Origin: Podarcis cretensis
Lineage: Eukaryota
Length of the DNA: 64,000 nucleotides
Direction of reading: 5' to 3'
NCBI GenBank assembly: GCA_951804945.1
Contig: OX638149.1
Span: 90,520,001-90,584,000 of the forward strand
The notes under the pieces are model-generated. The model saw only the letters and a list, made by a program, of their open reading frames with translations, did no database searches and had not been told where the DNA came from. Position numbers and translations under genes: made by a program. This document shows, one piece after another, positions 38,677 to 50,099 of the stretch (position 1 is the stretch's first letter; every line of letters begins with the position of its first letter).

Positions 38677-41664
38677 GCAAGTGTAGGCCACAAGTTACAA
38701 GGGTTGTGGGATTACCTCACAGTTGTGGGGATACAGGTCATAGTTCTACAACAGATTAGGATTCCTTATTGAGGGTGGGGAGCAAAGGAAGATATTAAGA
38801 TGCCACTTAGCTAGCTTTAAACCTGATTTTTTAAAAAAAATAAATTAAAAAAAAGTAGGTCTTTGTCATTACCAGAAACATTTATTGGAATGTTCTGAAA
38901 CAAATTAACACAGAAATGAGCACCAAGTGTGGATTTCTGTCTGGCCATTTAGTAGCAACCATGGGCCAGTTATGGGCCAGTTCTAGCAGAACAGGGTGTG
39001 GAGCTCTTTGGAAATGATGGGAGTTGGAGTCCAAAACATCTGGAGGACTTCTGGTTCCTCACCCCTGCAAGGGTGGAAACAAAAATCAACAGATCACAAT
39101 ATCTCTCCATCAGGACTTGATTTTAATAGGTAAGGGGGATGTTTATGTGTGGAAACCTCTTGAGAGATGACCAAAGGGAAGGTTCAGAAGTAAAGGAACT
39201 ACAAAGGAAAAAAGAGGACCCTGTAGGGGGAATAAAAGGCTTGTAGTACAAAATAAAAGAGGTTGTTGGGAGTAGTGTGTGGGAGCAGTGATTTGTTTAC
39301 ATTTGAGAGAGAGAAGTAAATGAGCCTGTCTAGGATATCTTAGACTAAGGGACTTTTGGAAGAATGCCTGTGGGAAAACACCTGTAGAAAAATGTTATGT
39401 GGAAATGCAAAATCAATGATGAGCACAAGGTAGAATTAGTCTCACCATGAGGTACTGCAAGATTATTGTTTCATGTGGCAGGTTCTGAACAGCATTAGAG
39501 GCTATCCAAATTATTCTTAATTTAGTATAATTTTAATGAGGTGGGAGAATGGAATTTGAAGCAGAAAAATCTTAAATGCGCTGCTAGCCATGCAAAAAGG
39601 ATCTCACCACCTGTTAGTGGCACTTTTCTTTCTTTCTCAAAATCCTGATATGTAGGCGGTGTGGTTTTAAAGAGGTTAATCGTCGGTAACATGCAATAGG
39701 CCGAATTTATAGCTTCAGTGAAACGTACCAACAAGCATTGCCTTTTCTTTTTGATTTTTCTTCCTAAAGACAAGAGCTCAGAGATAGCAGTGGATACCAT
39801 GGGGAGCTAAGAAGGGAGAGCAGAGGCTTTGCATTAATGGGAAAGCAGAGACTAAAAGTGAGAAGAGTTGCACTTTGTAGAGTCTTTTGGTCAAGGGAAC
39901 CAAGGGGCTGCCTTCAGTGTAGGAATTCTGCCTGTATATCCCCCGTTCATTTTGTTATCTGAGAAAGCCGTGGGCCACTGAGCAACCTCCCATCCTTGTC
40001 CACACCTATCTTTTCCTTGTAGCATGCCTCAACAACTCTTACACCATGTTTTATATCATACGTTTCTGTGTAAAAACACTTGCCTAAACAGAGCATTCAG
40101 CTTGGGACGCATCCAGTGTGGAGGACACCTGGCATGTACAGGTTTCAAATGGATGGGTTTGAGTCCTAGATCAGAAACCATAGGGAAAAACCTATGATCA
40201 ATGTATTTCATGTACTATATGTGATTTTTTTCTGTGTGTGTGTTGGGCTAATTATTTGGGAGGAGAGGGATGGCAAACTAACAAGAAAGAGGAACCCTCG
40301 GCACATGGTGCAGGTAACTCTGGGGTGTCAGGTAAGCTTCTAGCATGGCTGTACCCTTTTGACCTGAATTGTTTTTTAGTCAAGCACAGAAAATGAATAC
40401 CTAGAAGGTCTTGCTTCAGTGGTAACCTACATAAGAAATACTTAGGTGATCTGCTGTGAGTATTGTGTAACCTTTTAAAATCTAAATCTATTGGAGTTGA
40501 GATTATGAGGCAGAAAACCGCCTTCATTGAAAGCTTGTTCTGATATTGGTAGGAACTAGTGAATGACACAAAAAAAGTTAAAGTTGAAATATAAACTGCT
40601 GCTGCTTGGAAACTGTGTGGAAAAGAATGTGCTGGAAGTTTCTCTCTTGAAAGTATGTGGATATATCAAACTGATAAAGGGTTTTGCTTGGAAACAGCAG
40701 CAATTTAGTTTTCCTCAGTTGGTGCATTTACGTTAGTTTTCACCAGATATTCTAATAATTCAGAAATGTTTACTGCTGTGCCTTGGTTTGGTTCAGAAAG
40801 GTTATATTGCATTACTTTGCCTTAGGACCAGAAGAACTATCAAAGAAGTTGCTGAAATATCTGGACAGAGCTCCTTTCAGAAACAGCAAGTTGGGAAAAA
40901 AGGGGTGCCTTGTAAATCATCTTTTTAGGAATATGGACATTAGTCAAAATTTGAATGCTGCCACTGATGTTCTAATTTGCAACCCCAATAGAATTGCTTC
41001 TAGTTAATAAGATAACCTCCTGACTAAAAAGGGACCTTTTGGCTAGATATATAACTTGAAATGTATATAATAATAGAGAACTGGAATAATTTATTAATAT
41101 TGGAAATAACGTCCGAATATGGAAAGCATTAGAATATGGGCAGGGGAAACAGATTGCAAAAGCTAAGATCTTAAACAAGGAATCTACTGTGTTTCTGACT
41201 ATGATGATACAGATTTGCTGCTGTGAGGCTCATAGAGAGGCTTCCACTGAAAATGCTTTGCACATCATACATAGTTTCCTTCTTTTAAGAAGTGCCTAAA
41301 GTAGTGGCCTAGCTGTGCTGAAAGTTGCATGTGCAAGTATCTTGGGTAGGATTTAGGGACCCTGTCTGGAAAGATCACAGGTGATGGTGACCTCAAGAAG
41401 ATCCCTGATAAATAAGATGCATGGTAACACGAAAACTGCTCAGGCTCTGTGGAATACTGATGCTTTGTTTTCACGGCTGCGTTTCTGCAAAAGTGTTGAG
41501 CGTATTGTGGCCACTGGACACATGTGAGCATTCATTGCTTGTACCATAGAGTTGTATGCATCTTTTTTTGCACCTTCAGCTCCTGGGTAACATCTTCTGC
41601 ATACCAGCCTGCACCCTATACCTGACTAATACGCAATACTGCTTTTCTTCCTTAATGCTGCAAG

Positions 41665-41775
41665 TTTGATGCCCCTGGGCCCTTCCAGGAGGGAGCCAGC
41701 CTGTTGGATTTTGATTTTGATCCCATTAAACCTGATAACAGCCCTGTAGGGAAGTCGCCTACGCCTGCTGCCCAG
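41665..41775 (+). CDS. BIN1: BIN1 exon 14 (CLAP): [37 protein letters not shown]
   Basis: gctgcaag|TTTGAT...GCCCAG|gttggt, 111 nt; clathrin box LLDFD. Confidence 0.93.
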
Positions 41776-43079
41776 GTTGGTTTACTGCTGCCATTCTTTC
41801 ATGAAATGTTAGACAATATAGACCTCATCAGTCATGATGAGGATGGGTGTGTATGTATGTATTCATAGCAACAGAAGTACATGTGGAGATTTACAAAATG
41901 TATCTACAGAGTCTCACATGACTCTTCCTGATGGTTTGCATTAATAACCGTAGCTTATGCTTTTTAGGTGTTTCATATACACTAACTTGGTAATTCTTAG
42001 AATAATCTTGTAGAGCAGCCCAGTGTTGTTTATACTACACTGCTGATCAGGGAGCTGAGACTTGAAGAGATTGACTTGCCTAAGACCATCTAGGAGTCCA
42101 TGACTGAGTTGAGATTTGAACCACAGATTTCCTGCAATCAGTTATGAGTCAACCTTGGTAGGCTTCTCGTTGCCTTGTAGCCATTATTATTATTATTTCG
42201 ACTGGGAAAGTAATCTGTGGATTCTGTACACATAATACATAATATCCAGTAGGTAACTGCATTCTGCAGCTGAGTTTCTCCTTCAGGTACCTAGCATATC
42301 AGAAGTCTGCTCCACAGAACTTTCAGTGTGGCTGCTCCTCTTCTACTTTCTAAAAAAACAACTGAATACATTTTTTGTTTTGATGAATTTTTCCAGCTGG
42401 ATGTAAAAAGGTCTCCTTTCGTATTGTTTTTAAACCAATCTGCACCTGGAGTTTTGTAGTGTTCTAAAACTAATTTTTAGCTGTTTTATGGTATATTTGT
42501 AAATTGCCTTGAGTTGCATGCAAAAGGTAATTAATTAATTTAATCAATGGCTCTCCTACAGCACATTATCTGCTGAGCCTGTTTAGCTTCACAGGAATCC
42601 ACCCTCATCTGGCAGATGCAGAAATTGTGACGTAGTGAGATGAAAATTGGCCATCTCGTGCAGTGTAAATTAGTAGCAGCTAGATTAAAGAACATGAGGG
42701 ATGAAATGGATAATTCAAAATATCACACAATAAGCTTGCATTAATGTCAATGAATGGTATATTATTAAATGTGGTATCCAGTGCTGGACCTGAGCGGGAG
42801 GCAGTTTATGGTGTGTTACTCTCCTCTTCGAATCCCTTCCAGAGTAGGGATTTTTGTGTGTTTCAGCATGTGTGTATGTTACTGATAGTATAGGAGGCTC
42901 CTACAGGGAGAGCAAGGGTAATTGAAAATTGCCTCCCTCTCTCTTCCACTGATGGATATCTTTGTTGGAGGAATCCTCTGAGTGGTACAAGGAGACTTTG
43001 TATGTTTGCACTTTCTGTGTTGGCTGAATTAATGATGTCTCAATGTGTTTTTATTCCTGTTGCTCTTTGCTATGCTTAG

Positions 43080-43103
43080 TCTTTGCCTTGGGATTTATGG
43101 GAG
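43080..43103 (+). CDS. BIN1: BIN1 exon 15 microexon (clathrin W-box): SLPWDLWE
   Basis: tgcttag|TCTTTGCCTTGGGATTTATGGGAG|gtaaga, 24 nt. Confidence 0.93.
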
Positions 43104-45412
43104 GTAAGATTTCTATTGATATAGCTTTCAGTGCAATAAATTCTACCATGTGGTGCTTGGCATGTGTGAGTACTTCCTTCTGTCATTGTCATGCAAAGAT
43201 GATTATTCTTGTCTTGACCTTCTGTTCTCATCCTCTTCAGTGCTATGAACTAAAGTGGTGTGGTACAGTTGCAACCTCTTCTGCCCTTTGTCTGTCATGC
43301 TGAGAAGAAGTCTCCAGCCCCTGTGCTTTGATATTGCCTATTATTGATGGCATTGACTGAAGCACAAACCTTCTTGCTGCAATAATTGTAGACCTTGCTG
43401 CTACTTTTTACCTTGTCAAACCCCTGCATGCCATTTCCTACCTCTCGATTGTGTAGTATGCATACTTCTCAACTACCACCAAACAATTCCTTATTCTATA
43501 CATATATTTAGTATAATGCTGTGCTTGCTGATTTGCTGCCGTGGTTCACTAATAACATAGATTGGAGATCTCTGCAGTACTGCTGGAGAAATGAACCTTT
43601 CCTTCTTTCTTATTATGCTGCCAGATATTACGCTGTAATAAATCAGTTTAAAAAGCCAATGGCTTGTAGTTTCCAGACTTTCTTCATAACATTTTGGGCA
43701 TGTTGAGATATATAGCTTTGCTTGAGTCCACCTGCTAGCAAGTAACCTTTATTCTTTGCTTTTGTGCATTTCCTGATGTCTTTATTAATTCTATATCTTC
43801 ACAGGAGGATACTTCTTACTTTCTAAGTTAAAATTTAAGTTTACTCATTTGGCTTACTTTATCTGCCATCAGATGTCTTTTGAGGTGTGATTGGCCTTTA
43901 AAAAGAATTGGCCTACACTGGTTTCCCATTGTAAATTCATCAAATTGTCTCAAGAAGTTGACTCCCTTGTCTTTCCTGACCCAAGAACCTTCACTATTAC
44001 TTCTTCCTAAGCATTTTCTCTGCTGTTTTCCCTCCCTTTCCTCCTCATGTAAAGGTTTAGTGAATAGATTGTGTCCTCAGGATAGGTAGCCGTTAGATTT
44101 AGATCAACCACCCCAGAAAAATGGTGCGCTGGGGAAACAAGCACCATATTTATTCAAACAAATGTGTATGAATCTCCCCACCTTCCATTATTTTCCATTA
44201 TTTTCCATTATTTTCCTTCAATGAATATATATATTCATTGAAAATATAAATTATCACACAGCAGGGTTTAACTGCACCAAAACATATAGCAGTCCAGTGA
44301 GTAAAGAATTGCTAGCTCAACCACCAAATTATCTGATTTAAATCTAAACATCATTGAGTACTGTATTACCAAAACTTCAGTGCAAGGGAAGTGCAAGTTG
44401 ACTCATTTCATTCTGTATGAAAGCAACACAGAGAAGCTAGACAGCCCCCCAAATAAAGAAGTATGACAAGTCTCACCTTAGTTAAAATTACTCAACAGAA
44501 GTTCTGGCTGCTGATTCAGTAGCTTGCCACCCTAGTTAAAAAGCTTATGAAGCCCGACAGAAGGCATTGTTGTTCAAAATGTATTGTCAGTAAAGCCAAC
44601 CATTAAAGGCAGGAAGTGAGAAAAAGCATTGTAAGCTACTTGTGTGGGGTACTGTGGCCTGGCACCTTTCTGTGCAGTTGAGAGCAGCCCGATCAGATGA
44701 GAGGTTGCAGTGGACTACCCGTGTAGCTGTGCCTGAGCAACTGTGGTTGTTGAATGGAAAGCCAGTGTGCTGTGGCCTCTCTTGCCCAGTCATAGTGTAT
44801 GTACAACTACTCCAGAAAAATGGTGCAATTTGGAAACAAGCACCATATTTCTTCAAACAAATGTGATCTATATTTTCCTAGCTTTACTTGTGGTATAGGA
44901 TGTTAAATGCCTACCCTAAAGTAGATAGAGATTACGAACCACCAATGTATTGCTTCTCTCTGAACTGCAACCTTTAACCGAAGACATCTTCTGCTGTTAT
45001 TTGCTCTGCTTGCTTTTGTAATATTCTTATGTCATGCTGACGGCGTGCTTCTGTAGTTATTGCTGAAACCATTATTGGCTGAACAATTCATTAATTTCAG
45101 ATTCAAAATATAGACGTTTTTAAGTGGAACGGTTTTCCATGAAAGGTCATGTAATCCATGCTGATATTATCACTGTATGTAGTTTGCTTCTTGTCTATCT
45201 AGCAGTGTTTTGTTGCTAGTTAAGCATTTACCTAAAAACAAATACATTTAGTGGTCGTTCCTTCTTTAAACCCCTGCTCCCACCCTCTGCCAGCAATGGT
45301 TATTCTTTAATATATTTTTTTAAGGACTTAATCACCTTCCCCCCAGGATCCATCCAAAATTATGGCACATTTGACTCTTACCTGTTCAACAGTTCTATTT
45401 ACCCTGGGATTA

Positions 45413-45633
45413 CTGTATTTTTCGCTCTATAAGACGCACCCAACCACAAGACGCACCTAGTCTTTGGAGGAGGAAAACAAGAAAAAAAATTCTGTGCAGT
45501 GAAAGCAGCAATCCTTCTTGCTGTTCTTGCTTCTGTGATAGCTGCACAGCCTGCATTCACTCCGTAAGACGCACACACATTTCCCCTTACTTTTTAGGAG
45601 GGAAAAGTGAGTCTTATAGAGCAAAAAATATGG
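45413..45633. mobile_element. Tc2/pogo-type MITE related to 14949-15421
   Basis: TA|CTGTATTTTTCGCTCTATAAGACGCAC...GTGAGTCTTATAGAGCAAAAAATATGG|TA; the empty site is visible in the paralogous copy near 48995. Confidence 0.88.
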
Positions 45634-45765
45634 TATTTCATTGTCGACTCTGTCTTACTTCTCACTGCACTCTTCTCATTTTTGTATCTTCATGTAACCA
45701 TGCCTACGACTATCTCCTCCCATCTCTGTTTCTCTCTCCTCCCTCCTACAAATTCCACCCATCAG

Positions 45766-45885
45766 CCGGAAAAGACTCCATCTAGCAGCGTTCAATCTAT
45801 GGATCAGTTTCCGGCCGATAATCCTAGCAATAGTGCGTTCGAGGTGGACTGGCCTGACCAGCCCACTGAGACTAAGATCAGCCAA
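45766..45885 (+). CDS. BIN1: BIN1 exon 16, copy A: PEKTPSSSVQSMDQFPADNPSNSAFEVDWPDQPTETKISQ
   Basis: ccatcag|CCGGAA...AGCCAA|gtaagt, 120 nt, phase 0-0; AFEVDWPDQ aligns with human TFAVSWPSQ. Confidence 0.8.
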
Positions 45886-46399
45886 GTAAGTGAAAGTATT
45901 TGAAGTGATCATACATTTGAAATTGTCTTGTTCTGGCTGGTGTGCTCTAGCACAAGCCTGATTCATTTGTTATTCTTTGGAATGCATTAGGCCGGGGCAA
46001 ATTTATGGCCTCTTGCACCCAGCACTCTTCCAAAGGAATTAGAATTTACCCATTCCCTAGGCACAATAGTAAAGCACATCTCCTTAACCGTTTATCTGGA
46101 CTGGGGGGAAACTGATGTGGTCTAGTGACTAAAAGTAATAGCTTGGCACGGAAATTCTAGAATTATTTTATCACTGTTTTTAGGGATTGGTGAGCAGCCG
46201 TGTACCCATAATAGAGATGCATTGCATCCCTTGAGTTTTTGAAGCTGAATGTTCAGAAAACATTGGAGGAGGGTTCTCTGAGTGTTCAACTTAATATTTG
46301 AAGGGTTTGATGCCAGCCCACCTCTGCCCGTTTCCTTCTCTCCCAAGGAAAAGGACTAACTGTGGGGAAGTCCGAATGGGTATCAGGTGGTGAGAGAGT

Positions 46400-47528
46400 G
46401 CTGTAGAGAAACACTCTTTTATTTTCTTTTGGAATATTTACTGCTAAACTGCCTAATAAAAATGCTTCCAGTTTCTTTACAAATGTATGTTTTAGCATTT
46501 TTTTGAGTTCCTCGTAAATCATGTCCCAATTTTTTTTAATTTGGTGACAAGTCTGCCACTTGTGGAAAAAGGTTCCTACGGTTTGTTTACACCTCCAACA
46601 CTTGTTACTATTGTTTTTATTAATTTTAGCTAATTTGGATGGGGTCAGGTACCATCTGTAGGTCATTTTCATAAAGTATTCTTTAATCAGATAGCACACT
46701 ATAAATTTTAAATCTTTTTTTTCATAATTCTTCCCATTTTTCCATTTCAATTGGGTAGCCGAAATGAGCCCACTTCACCATCACTTCCTTTACTTTTCCA
46801 TCTTACAAATAATAATCTATATGTTTTTGATAATGTCTTCCTATTTTTTAATATTAATTCTTTTTCTAGGTCTTACATCTTTGTATGAAATCCATTTGTT
46901 TTTTAATCTAATTTAAAGATTTCATTTAGGTGGTACTATTGTAGCCAGTTCATCCCTGTCTGTTTAAGTTCTTCATATCCTTTAAGTTTTAATTGGTTAT
47001 TTTCTTCTTCTAATATTTCTTTATAGGTGAGCCAATTAATTTCCATGTTTTTCTTTTTCACTGCTATTGCCTCTACTGGAGACAACCATCAAGGGTTTTT
47101 TGGGTTCCAATAGTTTATTTCTCCCCCATACTGTAAAAAGTGATCTCCTTATTATATGGTTAAAGAATCCTCTGTGCATTTTGACTTTGTCATATCCAAG
47201 ATAACCATGCCAGCCGAACCTATTGTCCCGGCCTTCAATGTCTAATATATTGGCATTTTTAGTAGTATCCATTCTTTGAGCCATACTAAGCATGCAGCCT
47301 CTTAATATAATTTAAGGTCTGGCAGTGTGAACCCTCCTCTGTCTTTTACTCCCATTAACAGTTTAAACATAATCCTTGGCTTTTTGCCCTGCCATATAAA
47401 TCTAGCCAGGTCTAGGGGCAACTTCGCCTTCTGTTGCATCCCTTTCTCTTTCGTCTTGCTGCTCGTCTGTCTCAAGATGGCAGCAGCACAAACTACGACC
47501 CGACACTGAGCGTGCTAGTCTGGAAGTC
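46400..47528 (-). mobile_element. L1/Tx1-clade LINE remnant (decayed ORF2 C-terminal part plus probable 5' end)
   Basis: Minus strand LARFIWQGKKPRI...RGGFTLPDLKLY*EAACLVWLKEW and YRWYLTPSKL...CWRCKQTVGTFFHKWQTC (zinc-binding region); stops and frameshifts present. Confidence 0.85.
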
Positions 47529-49126
47529 TTTCTAGCAGTGTTTTGTTGTTAGTTAAGCATTTGCCTTTGTTAAATATTCTCAAAGCCATTGAGAGAGGGT
47601 ATTCTGTAGATCCAGCTCTATGTTTTGCACAACAGCAAAACAAGCTACCTTGGATGGGATTGTGTAACCCACCCACACCAAAAGACAATTCAATGAGACC
47701 TTGATGCGCATGGTGCTGAGGGTGTGTATAGGGAATGAATATTCAAATGCACACCTGCACCAGTTGTTCACACAGATGTTTACTCTACAAGTTGATTTCC
47801 CATGCTATTTCCTCCTGAAGAGAGCCGGGGTTGTGGATTGTGATACATATTGTAACATCAAAGACCCATATACTGGTGGGATGGGAAAGCTATTTTAGAA
47901 TCAAACAGCCTGATATAAATGTAACTGATGCAGATATGGGCTGCCATAAATCAGAGAATCAGCTTTGCATGCAGCAGGTCTCAGTTTTCAATTCCCAGCA
48001 TCTCCAGCTAGAGCAGGAAGAGACTGCTGTCTGAAACCCAGTCAGGGTAGACAATGGTGAGCTAGATGGCTTCCTATATTCTGATATTTCCCCCAGAAGG
48101 TGTTTGATCCAAAGACACAAAGAAGAGATAGGGGTTTTAATATTTATAATACAACTTTTGCAACAAAATAAGCTATACAGTTAGAGTCCAAATAAAAGGA
48201 AATGAATATTTTATGACATAAAATAAATTACCCCAAATGTTATAAAATAAGATAAACCAAAATATCAGATAAGCTTGTTAAGTCCATACTCAAATTCACC
48301 TCACAGTTTCAGGCTTTAATTTAGCTCACTATAGATCATATATCTATATCTATATACAGTATCTACATATCTGTCTGTAGCTTAAAAACAAATACATTTA
48401 GTGGTCTTTCCTTCTTTAAACCCTTGCTCCCACCCTCTGCCAGCAATGGTTATTCCTTTTATATATATTTTTAAAGGACATAATCACTTCCTTCTGTGTT
48501 ATGGAATTAAATCTACTGAGATGCTAAATTCAGTGACAAAATTCAAAATGTGGCCCCATTCCAATCTTCTGCAGCAGAGAAGGTGTCACTGAGACAGCTC
48601 AGCACTGCCTTTATGGATTTGGCAGTGCATAGAAGAAGTGAGGGAGAAAGCAAGAGGTACTTAATGATGTAGGAGGGATTTTTTAGAAATATCCAGGGAT
48701 GCCTTGACAAGGCTAAACCAGGACAGCATCCTCTGAGAACGGTGCTGCCTGATGCTTGACACTGGCAGTCTTCCAGGGCAGTTCTACTTGCACTGCCTGT
48801 ATCCATGGAAGCTCCATCTGCACCCTAACAATCCACTGCATCCCAAGGTGAACTACCCTGGCCAATAAATGGAGGCACTTTTGTCAGACCATTGGCTGCA
48901 GGGGTAATGTTTACCCCACCTTCCCCCCAGGATCCATCCAAAATTATGGCGCATTTGACTCTTACCTGTTCAACAGTTCTATTTACTCTGGGATTATTTC
49001 GTTGTCTACTCTGTCTTACTTCTCACTGCACTCTTCTCATTTTTGTATCTTCATGTAACCATGCCTACGACTATCTCCTCCCATCTCTGTTTCTCTCTCC
49101 TCCCTCCTTCAAATTCCGCCCATCAG

Positions 49127-49246
49127 CCAGAAAAGACTCCATCTAGCAGCGGTCAATATATGGATCAGTTTCCGGCCGATAATCCTAGCAATAGTGCGTT
49201 CGAGGTGGACTGGCCTGACCAGCCCACTGAGACTAAGATCAGCCAA
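49127..49246 (+). CDS. BIN1: BIN1 exon 16, copy B: PEKTPSSSGQYMDQFPADNPSNSAFEVDWPDQPTETKISQ
   Basis: ccatcag|CCAGAA...AGCCAA|gtaagt, 120 nt; 3 substitutions versus copy A. Confidence 0.8.
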
Positions 49247-50099
49247 GTAAGTGAAAGTATTTGAAGTGATCATACATTTGAAATTGTCTTGTTCTGGCTG
49301 GTGTGCTCTAGCACAAGCCTGACTCAGTTGTTATTCTTTGGAATGCATTAGGCCGGGGCAAATTTATGACCTCTTGCACCCAGCACTCTTCCAAAGGAAT
49401 TAGAATTTACCCATTCCCTATGCACGATAGTAAAGCAGGGTATAAATAATAAATAATAAATAATAAATTATTATTATTATTATTAATGAGAAGGGGCAGG
49501 CAGGCAGAGACTACAACCTCCCTTCCATCCAAACAAACAAAGGCTTACCCACTGCCTACCTACCACTCTGATAATTGTCTTTTCTTTGTGTTTTCAATGT
49601 AGGGAAGTTTTTTTAATATTTGATGCTTTGATGTGTTTTAATAGTCTGTTGGGAGCTGCCTAGTCAGATGGGCAGCATATAAATAATAGAATTATTATTA
49701 AGTTCATCAATTCCTAATTTGTTCAAGGGAGATTTTGCTGTTAGAAGTGTCAAATAAAGCAAGGGTTGCTATGTCCTGCTGCATGTGGGATGGGAGTGAG
49801 GGGGAGAATTTTACCTAGGCATTGTTTATCCTGCATTGCTTAGTTTCCCTGTTGTCAGAATGCATACTGGTTCCTTGTGTGTGGCTTTGTTTCAGTGGAG
49901 TGTGGCCCACAATTATTTATACCAAGTGTGGAATATGTGTGTATTCTTTGGTATGATTCTCCTGAAGTCATTGGAATAAGCTGGTGTGCTTTTAGTGAGA
50001 TTTCGTTTTCTGCACACTGACAATAATGTTTTTGCAAAATTGGAGCATTTATCACTTAGCAAGTTTCATTCCTCCCCTACAAGGAAAAAAGACTGCATT

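Larger units (their letters stand above)
45198..49437 (+). repeat. Local segmental duplication containing exon 16 (copy A 45198-46076, copy B 47531-49437)
   Basis: Collinear sequence from tctagcagtgttttgttg to atagtaaagca in both copies, about 97% identical around the exon by manual count. Confidence 0.93.

Noticed and set aside
43130-43830. Additional acceptor-like sites after exon 15 (about 43131, 43240, 43804)
   Set aside because: They lack a matching in-frame donor or reach a stop quickly, and such sites are common by chance in U-rich introns.
46286-46750. 154-aa minus-strand ORF as a host gene
   Set aside because: It is a decayed L1 ORF2 fragment; neighbouring frames carry stops.
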